Assembly: GCA_964016885.1 (NCBI GenBank)
Contig: OZ024741.1
Location: 213,218,001-213,282,000, forward strand
Reading direction: 5' to 3'
Source of the DNA: Eledone cirrhosa
Lineage: Eukaryota
Length of the DNA: 64,000 nucleotides
Each line of letters opens with the position of its first letter. The stretch's first letter is position 1. The notes beneath the pieces were generated by a model. The model did no database searches. It was given only the letters and a program-made list of their open reading frames with translations, and was not told where the DNA came from. The translations under genes and the position numbers were made by a program. Positions 27,799 to 43,939 of the stretch are shown here, one piece after another.

Positions 27799-27917
27799 AG
27801 AAATGAGATGATAAGACTGGGGTCCCTATCATAAAATTACCCAAGACACCTCCAACGAGATATATCTTGGAGGAGGCCAGCTAAACCTACATAGGTGTGA
27901 GTTGTCACTCACACACG

Positions 27918-28050
<133 letters not shown>

Positions 28051-28489
28051 ATGTATGTGTCAGTGTGAATGTGTGTACTTATATGCATGTGTTTCGGAGC
28101 TCCGTCGTTGGAAACGACGAGTGCTCTAGTTGTTTCAATAAAAGGAACAGCCTCCTCGTGAAATTAACGTGCATGTAGCAGAAAATTCGGGCGGACAGAA
28201 TGGAGAAGGCGTTTCCTGGAGGATGGTAAGGGAGATGCACTAGAAGAACCGAGGCGGCTAGTCATCTCGGCTCCTATAGTGGTAAATAAGGAGGTAGCCC
28301 TAGTCTCCACCATAGAAGTCTCCACCATAGAGTATAAGCAGAAATCACCTGCTGTCAATGGCTTTTCTCATGCGGTCCATTTGACGTATGTGTGTGTGTA
28401 AATATGTGTGTATATATGTATACATAGGTGCATATATCCATACACACATACATATATTTCTATACATACATCTGTGCATGTATGCATAC

Positions 28490-28524
<35 letters not shown>

Positions 28525-28719
28525 AGTGTGTGTGTCAGTATATATATGCAGGCGGGGAGGGTACATATGTATATATATATGCATGCGGGGAGGGTACATA
28601 TGTATACATGTATATACAAAATGGTAAACGGGAACAACAAAGCAAGCAACACTGTTCAACGAAGAAATATATTAATTTAACTCTAGGCATAGTAATAAAA
28701 GCGTCTCATCGGAAGATTA

Positions 28720-31630
<2,911 letters not shown>

Positions 31631-31636
31631 ATATTA

Positions 31637-32178
31637 TAATCAGGAACTGATTATACAGAGCGGTTGCCGGTCCAGCAAAAATTGAAAATTAGAATTGGTG
31701 CTCTGAAATACCGATATATATATAAGAATGTATATAGTCACTACTTTAAAACAATACTGTAAGGTCTTCAAAATGCTTTTAATTAAGCATACAGTGTATT
31801 GCAAAATACACTATATATATATTCATACATATATCGCTATTTCAGAGCACCAATTCTAATTTTCAATTTTTGCTGGACCGGCAACCGCTCTGTATAATCA
31901 GTTCCTGATTATTACTGGAATTCTATAAGAATCAAACATTCGTAATGTTCTGCAGGCAAAGGGAGTGGCAAGCTCTGAAGAGTACCAACAGTATGAAACG
32001 GAGATCTGTCAACTCATCTCCCTTTGTTTGAAAAAAGAAGTAAGTGACATAGTCACTACTTTAAAACAATAGCGTAAGGTCTTCAAAATGCTTTATTTAA
32101 GCATACAGTATATTGCAAAATACACTATATATATACATCCATATATATATATCGCTATTTCAGAGCACCAATTCTAAT
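31637..32178 (+). mobile_element. ~315-bp retrozyme-like unit (1.4 tandem copies) with inverted 5' extension
   Basis: Direct repeat 31734-31860 / 32049-32178; inverted repeat 31637-31720 / 31830-31912. Confidence 0.85.
31955..32028 (+). ncRNA. Full-length type I hammerhead with bulged, extended helix I
   Basis: CAAAGGGAG.uggca.AGCU-CUGAAGA-GUAC.caaca.GUAU-GAAA-CGG.agau.CUG-UC^AACU.cau.CUCCCUUUG. Confidence 0.85.
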
Positions 32179-32287
32179 ATATATATATATATATATGTAT
32201 ATATTTATATATATATATACATACATATATATGTATATATATATATATATATATGTATATATTTATATATATATATATACATACATA

Positions 32288-32318
<31 letters not shown>

Positions 32319-32321
32319 CTA

Positions 32322-33412
32322 TATGAAAAAGTGAGTCCTTCATCAGTGACCCTCCAACCGTCCTGGGCATTTCATGGCTTTAAGGGCCATATGCCTCGGG
32401 TTGGTGCGAACAACGGCTAAAAAAAGTCGTTGGGACACGTAAATAAAGGGGGACGCCAGAGTAACAACAAAACAGTTTTAGCAACGGAAAGTGAGTAGAA
32501 ATAGACAAGTCCCAGATCTCTATGAATATAAACTCTGTGGAATCGTGAACAAGAGACAAAAGACCATCAAACCTGGTTGAAATGTGAGCAAGGAAATAAT
32601 TTCGCCCAAGTTTGACGGGGGGGAAAAAAGAGAGAGAGAAAAAGGAGAGAAGAGGAAGAAGAAGAAGAAGATAAAGGGGTCTGTTCTACGAATTCAGTAA
32701 ACGTAAGTTTTGTGAAGTCGCAGACGAAAGAGAGAGAGAAAAAAATTCCATACCAGCTTGGTCAAGACCGCGCGAGAAAAGAATTACACACAGGTCAAAC
32801 TTGAAGGAGGAGGAGGAAAGAGGAGGAGGAGAGGTAGTGACAGAGAATGAGTGAGTGAAAGTTGAGGAGGAGGCTAACAGAGAGAGAGAGACTGCTAGAA
32901 AGAGTAAATATACAAACGAAACACGAATGGCAGCATGGAAAAAATATTGAATTCGTAGAACAGACCCCTTTATCTTCTTCTTCTTCTTCTTCTTCTTCTT
33001 CTTCTTCTTCTTCTTCTTCTTCTTCTTCTTCTTCTTCTTCCTCTTCTCTCCTTTTTCTCTCTCTCTTTTTTCCCCCCCGTCAAACTTGGGCGAAATTCTT
33101 TCCTTGCTCACATTTCAACCAGGTTTGATTGTCTTTTGTCTCTTGTTCACGATTTCACAGAGTTTATATTCATAGAGATCTGGGACTTGTCTATTTCTAC
33201 TCACTTTCCGTTGCTAAAACTTTTTTGTTGTTACTCTGGCGTCCCCCTTTATTTACGTGTCCCAACGACTTTTTTTAGCCGTTGTTCGCACCAACCCGAG
33301 GCATATGGCCCTTAAAGCGATGAAATGCCCAGGACGGTTGGAGGGTCACTGATGAAGGACTCACTTTTTCATATGTATCCCATTTGCAACGCCGCAGCTC
33401 CATCATATTTAC
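32322..33412. mobile_element. Fold-back element with ~380-bp arms, each ending in a half-hammerhead (CUGAUGA)
   Basis: 32322-32696 is the inverse of 32948-33374; diverged third copy at 57265-57660. Confidence 0.85.
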
Positions 33413-33941
33413 ATATATATATATATATATATATGAACTACTTATGACTCTCCCATCAAGTCTCTTCATTGTTCACTTGGCGACATAAAAGCTGATATAT
33501 CGCCTTCATTTCAGCTTGGTGTCATTTGCTTATCTTACAAGAGATATGAGTCTAGAAAAAAGACATTGCTTACTAATGAGAATATGGGTCATTGGATTTC
33601 TTAATTCTAACTTGATTATTTTAACTATGGCAATTACTGGATTGTTTCTATATGTCTAGAAACAGCAGTATAGGTATAATTTAGGTATAATTAGCAATGT
33701 ATGTAATAATGTTATATTCTGATTAATTTTCTATCTTATTCTATGCATTGCAAGATATAACTAATGGTGTTTCTGTAATAATTGTTTCTACTTTTGGCAC
33801 ATGGCCACCAATTACCCAGTGTATTACTGGTACTTTATTTTATCGACCCCGTAAGGATGAAAGACAAAGTTAACCTGGGCGGGATTTGAACACATAACGT
33901 ATTTCGGTGTATACACACACACATGCACACACACACACACA

Positions 33942-34091
<150 letters not shown>

Positions 34092-34303
34092 TGTTTATAT
34101 ATATATATGTTTATGTACTGATTTCATATGGAAATGTCTGCTAGAGGGGTAGAACAGTTTCATTCGTATGAAATCAGTAGGGATGTTGAAGATTTAATAC
34201 AAATAAAACAGTTCTTTTCTTCTCTACTAACGTATTGAATACTTTATTCCTTTCCAAACGCCTACAGAAATTCCTCCTTTATATATATATATATATATAT
34301 ATA

Positions 34304-35111
34304 CTAGCAGCTGAGCCCGGTTGCACCCGGGGCCACTTTTTATTAAGTTAATAATTTTAAAAATATTATTGAAAGTTTATTATAAAGAAGCATTTTCACG
34401 AAAAAAAATAGAAATATGCACATGGGGCTGGACGGCGTACAATGAGAAGTGGAGCGACGTGATAAGCGTTGTTTATTAACAGCGAAATAGCAATGTCGAT
34501 GATATGCAACTTGAAAATATTACTTACTGCTAGTGCTGGTTAACATGTATTAGAATTAAAATAAAAACACGCATCCCTTCTTCGCAATTTAAGGGTTTTA
34601 TTTCTTTTGATGGAAAACAGTGACCGTACTGCAGAATCGATTTCATAAAACGGTACTTTATGATCGTTAAATGTAGAAGGATGATAGTTTATTAACAGCG
34701 AAATAGCAATGTCGATGATATGCAAGTTTAAAAATGCACATTATGAAGGTTTGTATGATAGTTTACACTTTTTCCTGAAACTGCTTCTTTATAATAAACT
34801 TTCAATAATATTTTTCAAATTATTGGTACTGTATGTTAACAGCGAAAGAACGTTGATGAGTTTAAAAATGTGTATGAAATTGTAAATAAGACAAAAGTAT
34901 TAGAACAGGGGGAAATAACTCACCGAATGCGATAGTTTTGGGGCCCCAGGAACCATATTTTTCAAGTTAGAGATTTGAAACCTCGTCTATTTGCTTCCTT
35001 GGCACATTTTACATAGGTGTGTAAATTTTCATGTCAGTCCGACCACGTCTACTACCATTTAACCGTGCACATCTGAATTTCAACCACCGCCCATTTCACA
35101 ATATTTATTGA
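34304..35111 (-). mobile_element. Non-autonomous Helitron
   Basis: Minus strand ends CCCGG-gtgcaa-CCGGG hairpin + 8 nt + CTAG|T; probable A|TC start near 35111; internal inverted (34363-34391 / 34783-34812) and direct repeats. Confidence 0.75.
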
Positions 35112-35931
35112 TTTATTGATATTTTTTCTGAGTGTCCGGAATCTTCCAGATCGAAATTTTTCGGTCGTACGGTTGATTATAGACTTGTTCTATGTATGAC
35201 GGTATTTTAACGATAGTTATAGCTCTGATTTATCTGAATTATTGAGCCCTCTGCCGCTCATTTCGAATTTTGTTTATCGTGAACTCGTGCGCCGATTTTT
35301 CGATACTCGATTATTCTACTATATTTAGCTGTAGACCTAGCTATTGACCAGTTAATTTTATTGTTCATTTTTTGTCGATTCTATTAAATGATGAATAGCT
35401 CCTGTTTATTTTAAGATGTCTATTGAGCACTCTTATTCGATATGTGTATTTCCACATTTTCCCGAATATTTTTTGCGGATATAGAGGTTATCTCCCTTGC
35501 TGAATTCCATGTGCGTTTCTTCAGCCTGGGTTATGCCTTTTCATTCGTTCGGACAAAGGCTCGTTGAGGAAGTAAATTCCCGTCCGCTGGTTTCTAGAAG
35601 TCTTATATATTTTTATGTGAGCTGATAGAGGGAAGTTTAAGGATTTACAGAAACCCAAGAAGCTAGATTTACCATCTTTCTAGCGGGTCCGGGTATGCTT
35701 TTTACATTCATTTGATTTATTGATTTATTGATATTTTTTCTGATTGTCCCGAATCTTCCAGATCGAAATTTTTCGGTCGTACGGTTGATTATAGACTTGT
35801 TCTATGTGTGACGGTATTTTAACGATAGTTATAGCTCTGATTTATCTGAATTATTGAGCCCTCTGCCGCTCATTTCGAATTTTGTTTATCGTGAACTCGT
35901 GCGCCGATTTTTCGATACTCGATTATTCTAC

Positions 35932-35933
<2 letters not shown>
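35104..35933 (+). mobile_element. ~610-bp HHR retrozyme-like element (subfamily B), 1.35 tandem units
   Basis: 35104-35322 is repeated at 35716-35933; colinear motifs shared with subfamily A. Confidence 0.85.
35559..35694 (+). ncRNA. Extended type I hammerhead with U3:G8 core
   Basis: GCUCG-UUGAGGA-a-GUAAAUuCC..GGAUUUAC-a-GAAA-CCC..GCUAGA/UCUAGC..GGG-UC^CGGGU. Confidence 0.75.
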
Positions 35934-35974
<41 letters not shown>

Positions 35975-36159
35975 TCTACGGTTTTATATAAACACATATT
36001 GCTGCGTAAAAAAAATATATTTTTTAAGAGGGTGTTATATATGTTTTAGTATTACATATATATATATATTATTAAAAATATATATATATATCCCCATATA
36101 TATATATATATATATTATTAAAAATATATATATATCCTCATATATATATATATATATAG

Positions 36160-38390
36160 TTATGTAATAAAAAACATAGGGTTATTATTTCATTTACCAG
36201 AGGTTTCTTGAAAGCAAACAAAATGTTCTTTCAATCATCAGAATGATCTTTATAACATACACCATGGACCTTTATGAATTGGATTATTCAATCAAAAATA
36301 TACCTACTCCTTCCAACACAACTTATACCAAGACTACTTATAGATAAAATCGAACAAGTCGTTAAAAGAATGAGATGGAAAGCAATGGTTTACGATGATC
36401 TATTCAGTGCTGATACTAATGATTGTTTTGACATAAAATCCCGTAAATACCCACCTACAATTAAAGACATGGCCAACTTCGAATTAGACCTTGTTAATTT
36501 AATTAGTGATATCAAATTTCGTAAGTACAATAATAATTTTCAAACTAAACTGTCTAACGATATTTCTAATTTTAAAAATTCTACAAACACTTTTGTTCTT
36601 TCCGATAAAACTAAAAATCTCTTTGAAGTTAACAGTATTTTGTATAACCAACTTTTAAATAATAGTATCACCAACAAATATCAATTAACTAATAATAACA
36701 CCTACAATACTATTAATAAAGAAGCTAAAGAACTAGCTAGTTTTTTTAAAATAGACAACCGAATTGAAAGGCTAGCTAAACGTAAAACATATATTACCCT
36801 TAAAGACCATAAATTAGACTTTACTAATCGACCTAGCTGTAGACTGATTAACCCGGCTAAATCCGAAGTTGGTCTTGCAAGTAAAAAAATATTAAGAAAA
36901 ATAATTCTTCAAATTAGAACTAAGACTGACTTATCACAATGGTTAAATACATCCTCTGTTATTTCTTGGTTTAATAATATACAAGGTAAAAATAAGTGTA
37001 GATTTATCCAATTTGATATTGTTGATTTTTACCCCTCTAATAATGTTTCCTTATTAAATAAAGCCTTAGATTTTGCAAGACCCTTCATTAATATTTCTAA
37101 ATTAGAAGAAGACATCTTTTAAGCTAGAAAAACTCTACTCTTTACTAATGAAAGTATTTGGGTTAAAAAGCCAAAGCCTGATAACTCTTTTGATGTTGCA
37201 ATGGGTTCATAAGACAGTGCGGATGTGTGTGACTTAGTAGGATTATTCCTTCTCCACACCCTTAAAGAGAAATTTCCTTCCCATAATATCGGTTTATACC
37301 GTGACGACGGATTGGCAGTTTCTCCTACGACCAACGGCCATAACCTTGATAAATTCTGTAAAGATTTAATCAATACTTTTGCTAATCTTAACCTTAAAAT
37401 TACTATAGATACGAACATTACTAATGCTAACTTTCTCGACATTAATCTTATTCTACTTACTGCCTCTTTTAAACCTTATCATAAACCTAACGAAAATCTT
37501 AGATATATAGACAAAGAGTCTTGACATCCCCCTATAGTTTTTTTAAATCTTATTCCCAACATTAGCCATAGGATTTCTACCTTATCTTCGTCTCTAGACA
37601 TTTTTAACAAAGCCGCCCCTTATTATAATAAAGCCCTTAATAACAGCGGATTTACAGAACACATTAATTATTTACCTACTCCTCCTCCTAAAACCAACCA
37701 CAATAATATGAAATGGATAATTATTTGGTTTACACCGCCCTTCTCTCTGTCAAATCTAATGTAGGAAGGAAATTCCTTGACCTCTTAGACAAACATTTTC
37801 CTCCTAATCATAGATATTATAAGATATTGAATAGAAATGTAGTTAAAATCAGTTACTCTTGGTGCCCATCAATGAAGTCTAAAATCACCAATTCTAATCG
37901 TACGTGAATAAATCCAGCATGCAATTGCAGGAAGCCGGATGAATGCTCATTACAGGGCAAATGTAACACCAAATCCGTTGTATATTTGGCCAAAGTGACA
38001 CCTTTAATTAACAACCAGCCAGCCAGGAGTGAACAGTATGTTGGCATGACTCAGGACAGGTTTAAAACCAGGTTTTATGCACATGTCGCTTCTTTTAAGA
38101 ACTCCGATAAAAGAACAGCAACGGCTCTCGCAAATAAGGTGTGGGAATTCAAGGATAAAAATATCTCGTACTCTATCAATTGGTCTATTTTAGACCATTC
38201 GAGGGAGTACCAAAGGGGCACAAAGAATTGTTCTTTGTGTACCACTGAAAAATTTAGGATTTTACAAAACTTGAAAGCCACTTCAACTTGCCTGAACTCT
38301 AAGACCGAGATCTTCAGATGTTGTCCACACCTGAAATCAAATCTGATCTGTAACTGGATTGACATTCCTACGATGACCCAACCACCTTGA
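36160..38390 (+). mobile_element. Penelope-like retroelement (RT + GIY-YIG), decayed, with inverted 5' pLTR
   Basis: RMRWKA, LKDHK..CRLINPAKSEVG, QFDIVDFYPS, GLYRDDGLA, FLDINL, CNCRKPDECSL..VVY..QYVGMT, CSLC; frameshifts and stops. Confidence 0.93.
36191..36245 (-). ncRNA. Minimal type I hammerhead in the inverted pLTR
   Basis: CAUU-CUGAUGA-u-UGAAAG..CUUUCA-a-GAAA-CC.ucu.GG-UA^AAUG; + strand homolog (G3 mutant) at 41237-41290. Confidence 0.8.
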
Positions 38391-38624
38391 ACATCTTCTT
38401 CGCTCTTTACGCCTTACATCCACTACGATTTTTATTACTTTCTGAACTTACTTTCTGCATCTTATATTCTTTTTCTTCCTTATCTCCCCTTATATTTAAA
38501 CTTTTTCCTATGTCATCTTTTTCCTTATTCCTCCCTACTTTCTACCTTACCCTTTACATACCCACCTTTATATGTATGTGTGTATATAATTGTATTTAAT
38601 ATGTATCTGTTGTAATTGCGTGTG

Positions 38625-38675
<51 letters not shown>

Positions 38676-39187
38676 ATATGTGTGTGTGTAGTTTTATTAA
38701 GGCGGTGACGTAACTTTTTGTAGATTGTTTGTGTGTATATGTGTATTTTTATATATATATGTTTGTGTGTGTATATATGTATTAGCCTCAGAAACGGCTT
38801 GAGCTCTGCCGTCGGGGTCATACTTTTTCCTATATGTATATAAATATATGTATGTGTATGTATATGTATGTATATATGTGTGTGTGCGTGTATGTGTGTG
38901 TGTGTATCTATATATATATGTATGTGTATGTATATGCATATTTACATACAGAGTGATTTAATGCTTATTTTCATTGATTATTTTGCTCCAGGAACTTGTT
39001 GAGTGCTCTAAATCAGCTATAAACATTTATACCCTTATCTATTTATTTATTTATTATTTGTCGTATGCCCAACTATTTGTTTACCCCTTTCACCTTTTTA
39101 TTTTCATATATATATAATATTTATGTATTTTCTTATATATATATATACTTTAACTTCAATATAGATATACTTTATAGATATACTATA

Positions 39188-40387
39188 TAGATATACTTTA
39201 ACTTTAATTATATCTCATAAAATAATACAACTGGTTTTTCCACATTATACATATTGTTAGCACGCCAAACACTTAAATTGGGTTTATATTTTAATATAAC
39301 CTAATGTTTGTTGAGTGAGATGGTTACCAGTCAGAGTTTAGCTTTAAACTATCTCTGTTATTGTATTAAATATTTACTCTTGATTGGCCAGAGGTGTTTA
39401 TTTCCAGGTACCTTTTGAATTTGACTTTCCGTATTTATTACTGTTGTGAAATATTGTGGCTTTTTTTGGTTGTAACTTCTCTGTTTTTTAGCCTAGGAAA
39501 ATATATATATATATGCCTACGTATATAATTACATGCATATATGTAATTATTTTCTTTTATTGATTGAGTTCTTTACACGAGGAATTAATATTGGTTTTGA
39601 AATAACTAATTAACTCGCGTGTGTTATATATTTTACTCTTAATAATTCGGCCGGAGAATTATATTCCCATTTGCCCTATATAACATAACTTTCTGCATTT
39701 ACTGCGGTTATGAGAAGCGGTTCTTATTCGGGTACAACTTCTGATTTAGCCTAAGAAAATATCCATATGCGTGTGTAATTTATACAAGCATATATTTATT
39801 TTTTTATTTTTAATTGAGTTCTTAAACACGTTGGATTGATAATGTTTTCAAAAAAACTAATTAACTCGCGTGTATATTATTATTTTTTTTTTTCCTCATT
39901 TCTTGGATCGTGGGTTGTCTCCCCTTCCCGCTTCGTGTCGCTATGATACTTCCTCAGTCAAAAACTGCTGGAATTTCAAATTTGGCGGTCATTCGAGGTG
40001 AGAGAGCGACTTTACGGACATGATTTTTGACAGCGGTAAGAAATTGTTTTCTTATATCATTGTTTAATGGGTTTCCACTGATGATTTATAAGTACCCACC
40101 TAAATATACTCTTACATGAATATATATTAGGCTTCTACATAAACTGGTAACATTCTCCCAAACTTGTAGAAAACTTATAATGAAACAATTGTTTGGAAAG
40201 AGAGATATACTTTAACTTTAATTATATCTCATAAAATAATACAACTGGTTTTTCCACATTATACATATTGTTAGCACCCCAAACACTTAAATTGGGTTTA
40301 TATTTTAATATAACCTAATGTTTGTTGGGTGAGATGGTTTCCAGTCAGAGTTTAGCTTTAAACTATCTCTGTTATTGTATTAAATAT
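39188..40387 (+). mobile_element. ~1015-bp non-coding HHR unit with ~185-bp terminal direct repeats
   Basis: 39188-39373 matches 40203-40387; internal ~270-bp tandem at 39470-39880. Confidence 0.8.
40072..40199 (+). ncRNA. Type I hammerhead with ~80-nt loop II insertion
   Basis: UUUCCA-CUGAUGA-u-UUAUAAGU..ACUUAUAA-u-GAAA-C-AAUU-G-UU^UGGAAA. Confidence 0.8.
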
Positions 40388-40496
40388 ATATATATATATA
40401 TATATTTTAGAGTTAAACAAGGTTCATTGAATACATCTAAGAATGAGTTTTACACACATACATGTGTGTGTATGTATTTATATGTATGTGTGTGTG

Positions 40497-40577
<81 letters not shown>

Positions 40578-40907
40578 GTATGTTTGTATGTTTATATATG
40601 TGTGTGTGTATGTGTATGTGTAATTGTGTGTATTGCTTACCACGTGTGTTTGTTCATTTATTTGTTTCTTGTATCGCTGACAACTTTATAATAATAATTT
40701 TTACATTTATTTTTATTCTTACGTGACGGCGCATATGGTCGTCTATTGTTATTTTTATTTTTGTTAGTATATTTTTTCTCATAATTATTTGTGTGTGTGC
40801 GTATGTAGGTGTGTGTACATATATCTATATTTGTGTGTGCGTATGTATGCGTGTATATATGTGTGTATGTATGTGTGTGTATGTACGTGTGTATATATGT
40901 ATGATTA

Positions 40908-40939
<32 letters not shown>

Positions 40940-41073
40940 CATGTGTGTGTGTGTGTATGTGTATGTGTGTGTATGTGTATGTATGGATATGTGGATATAT
41001 ATGTATGTATATGTATGTGTATTTGTATGTATATGTATATATATATGTATGTGTGTATATATATGTGTGTATG

Positions 41074-41145
<72 letters not shown>

Positions 41146-41408
41146 TGTTTTTATTTTTCCTTTTCCAGCCTCACTTTCATATAGATTATATTTTTGTTTT
41201 TAAAATCCAATGTCAATAAATACACCAGGATTTTTGCATTGTGATGATTGAAAGCAAATTTTGTTTGCTTTCAAGAAACCATTGGTAAATTAAATAATTA
41301 CCTTATGTTGTTTATTACATAACTATTAAGCTCTGTAACCTACATAGAGCACTCTTTTTTCCTGGACCTTTCCGACGGAATTACTTCATTTATATATATA
41401 TATATATA

Positions 41409-42511
41409 TGGAAAAAATGAAACGAAATTTCATTTCTCAATCTTAGTATGGATGTTACTTAAATATAAGTATGTATACGTACATACATATATGTATACAG
41501 ACGTTCAGTAGTATGTATATATATATATACATACATGCACATATATATATATATGTACGTATGGATTTACCGAACATTTTTATAATGCTCGGTTTGTTTG
41601 TAAACAAACATCCCGAATTAAGCTGTACACTGTTTAGCAACCATCGTTGCCCATTTGTTCAACACTGACAAAGGAACGATGTACTAGTTTCAAGCTTATT
41701 AGCTATCGTCAGCACCGTATGCCTTCCTGCCAGATGATTGAACGTCTGAAAGTATATACTTTCCTTATGCATATTAACGGCTGAGCAGCATAATTTGCCT
41801 ATCGAGAGAGTTAGTCGGACGGGCGCACCAAAAACAATAAATGGAATAGAATGAAACGAAATTTCATTTCTCACTCTTAGTACGGCTGATACTTAAATGT
41901 AAGTATGTATGTATACGTACATACATACATGTATACAGACGTACAGTAGTAAGTATATATATATAGATACATACACACATATATATATGTACGTATCGAT
42001 TTACCGAACATTTATTATAAAGTTCGGTTTGTTTGTTTTTAAACAAACCGAACGTTATAATAAATGTTCGGTAAATCGATACGTACATATATATATGTGT
42101 TTGTTTGTTTTTAAACAACAAACAGCCCGAATTACGCCGTGCAGTGTTCAAGCAACGATCGTCGCCCTTTTGCTCAACACTGACAATGGAACGATGTACG
42201 TGTTTCAAGCTTATTAGCTATCGTCAGCACTGTATACCTTCCTACCAGATGATTGAACGTCTGAAAGTATATACTTTTCTTATTCATATTAACTGCTGAG
42301 TAGCCTAATTTGCATATCGAGTGAGTTAATTGGCCGGGCGCACTGAAAACGATAAATGGAAAAAATGAAACGAAATTTCATTTCTCATTCTTAGTACGGC
42401 TGTTATTTAAATATAAGTATGTATACGTACATACATATATGTATACAGACGTACAGTAGTATGTATATATATTTACAAACATGCACACACATATATATAT
42501 GTACGTATGGA
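41409..42511 (-). mobile_element. Tandem non-LTR retrozyme-like array (~435-nt monomer, 2.3 copies)
   Basis: Unit starts near 41409, 41841 and 42356; one HHR per full unit; unit 2 has an internal fold-back; fragment at 57697-57860. Confidence 0.85.
41676..41718 (-). ncRNA. Minimal type I hammerhead (second copy at 42191-42233)
   Basis: ACGGUG-CUGACGA-u-AGCU.aaua.AGCU-u-GAAA-C-UA-G-UA^CAUCGU. Confidence 0.88.
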
Positions 42512-42853
42512 TCAACCAAAACTTGTTGAGTGTTTCCAATCTATTGTAAAACTCATTCTTTGATTTATTCATTGAACCTTGTTTAACCTTTAAATATATA
42601 TATATGCGCTACAGTTTTATATCCATACATATTACTGCGTAAAAAAAATATAATTTTTAATATTATATATATATACCGTTTTTTATAGAGCCCTCTCTGG
42701 TTTTTGTTCTTTGTATTTATTATGACAAATATATACTGCATATGTGTGTGTGTATGTGTGTGTGTGTGTGTGTTTGTGTGTGCGTGTGTGTCGGTGTGTT
42801 TGTGTGTGGGTGTTTGTGTGTATGTGTGTATGTGTGTGTGTGTGTGTGTGTCG

Positions 42854-42911
<58 letters not shown>

Positions 42912-43159
42912 TTTATTTAATACACATCCTAAATCGTACACAAGCTTAAAATAACTGGAAAATTAGCTAGGCACTGAGCCAATCCAACCAGCTTGGTTCA
43001 GGATTGTATATATCAGGTCAATTGTACAGAGAACATACACCACACTGCACCACCTTCCAAACTCCAAAACTGTGTGGGGGGGGGGGGGCGGATGGTAAGA
43101 CACTTCCGGCTTGGAATGAACTCGAAACAGCGAGATGCCGTGGTTGATCACACATAATG

Positions 43160-43528
43160 CTTCTCTTTCCCTATCTCCCTCTCTGTCCCTCTCTATCTGT
43201 CTCACCCTCTCTCTGTGTCACCCTATCTCTGTCTTTACCTCTCTCGCCCTCTGTGTTTGTCATTCTCTCTCCCACAGTCTCCCTCTTTCTCTCTCTCTAT
43301 GTTTTACTCTCTCTCTCTCTGCGTTTGTCTCTCTTACTTTCTCTCTCCGTATCTCTCCCTATATCTCTCCCTCTCTGTCTCCCTCTTTGTCTCTCTGCCT
43401 CACTCTCTCTCTGTGGCACTCTCTCTCTGTCTGCGTTTGTCTCTCTTACTTTCTCTCTCCGTATCTCTCCTTATATCTCTCCATCTCTGTCTCCCTCTTT
43501 GTCTCTCTGCCTCACCCTCTCTCTGTGG

Positions 43529-43576
<48 letters not shown>

Positions 43577-43870
43577 GCGTTTGACTCTCTTACTTTCTCT
43601 CTCCGTATCTCTCCCTATATCTCTCCCGCTCTGTCTCCCTCTTTGTCTCTCTGCCTCACCCTCCCTATGTGGCACTCTCTCTCTCTGTCTTTCTCTCTCT
43701 CTGTTTTTCTTTCTCCCTCTGTATCTGTCTCTCTGTCTCACCTTCACTCTGTCTCTCCCTCCTTCTGTCTCTCCCTCCCTCAGTCTCGCCCCCACCCCCA
43801 CTCTCTCTCCCTCAGTCTCCCCCCCCACTCTCTCTCCCTCGGAGTCTCCCTGCTTCTCTCCTATTTATCT
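43160..43870. repeat. CT-rich compound tandem repeat (~115-145-bp unit x3)
   Basis: ctgcgtttg..ccgtatctctcc..gtggca repeated. Confidence 0.9.
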
Positions 43871-43939
43871 CGTTCACTGTTGTCTGGTCTATTAGTATGT
43901 AATGTAGTACAAGTATTTATGACCGGGGCGGATAGGGTG

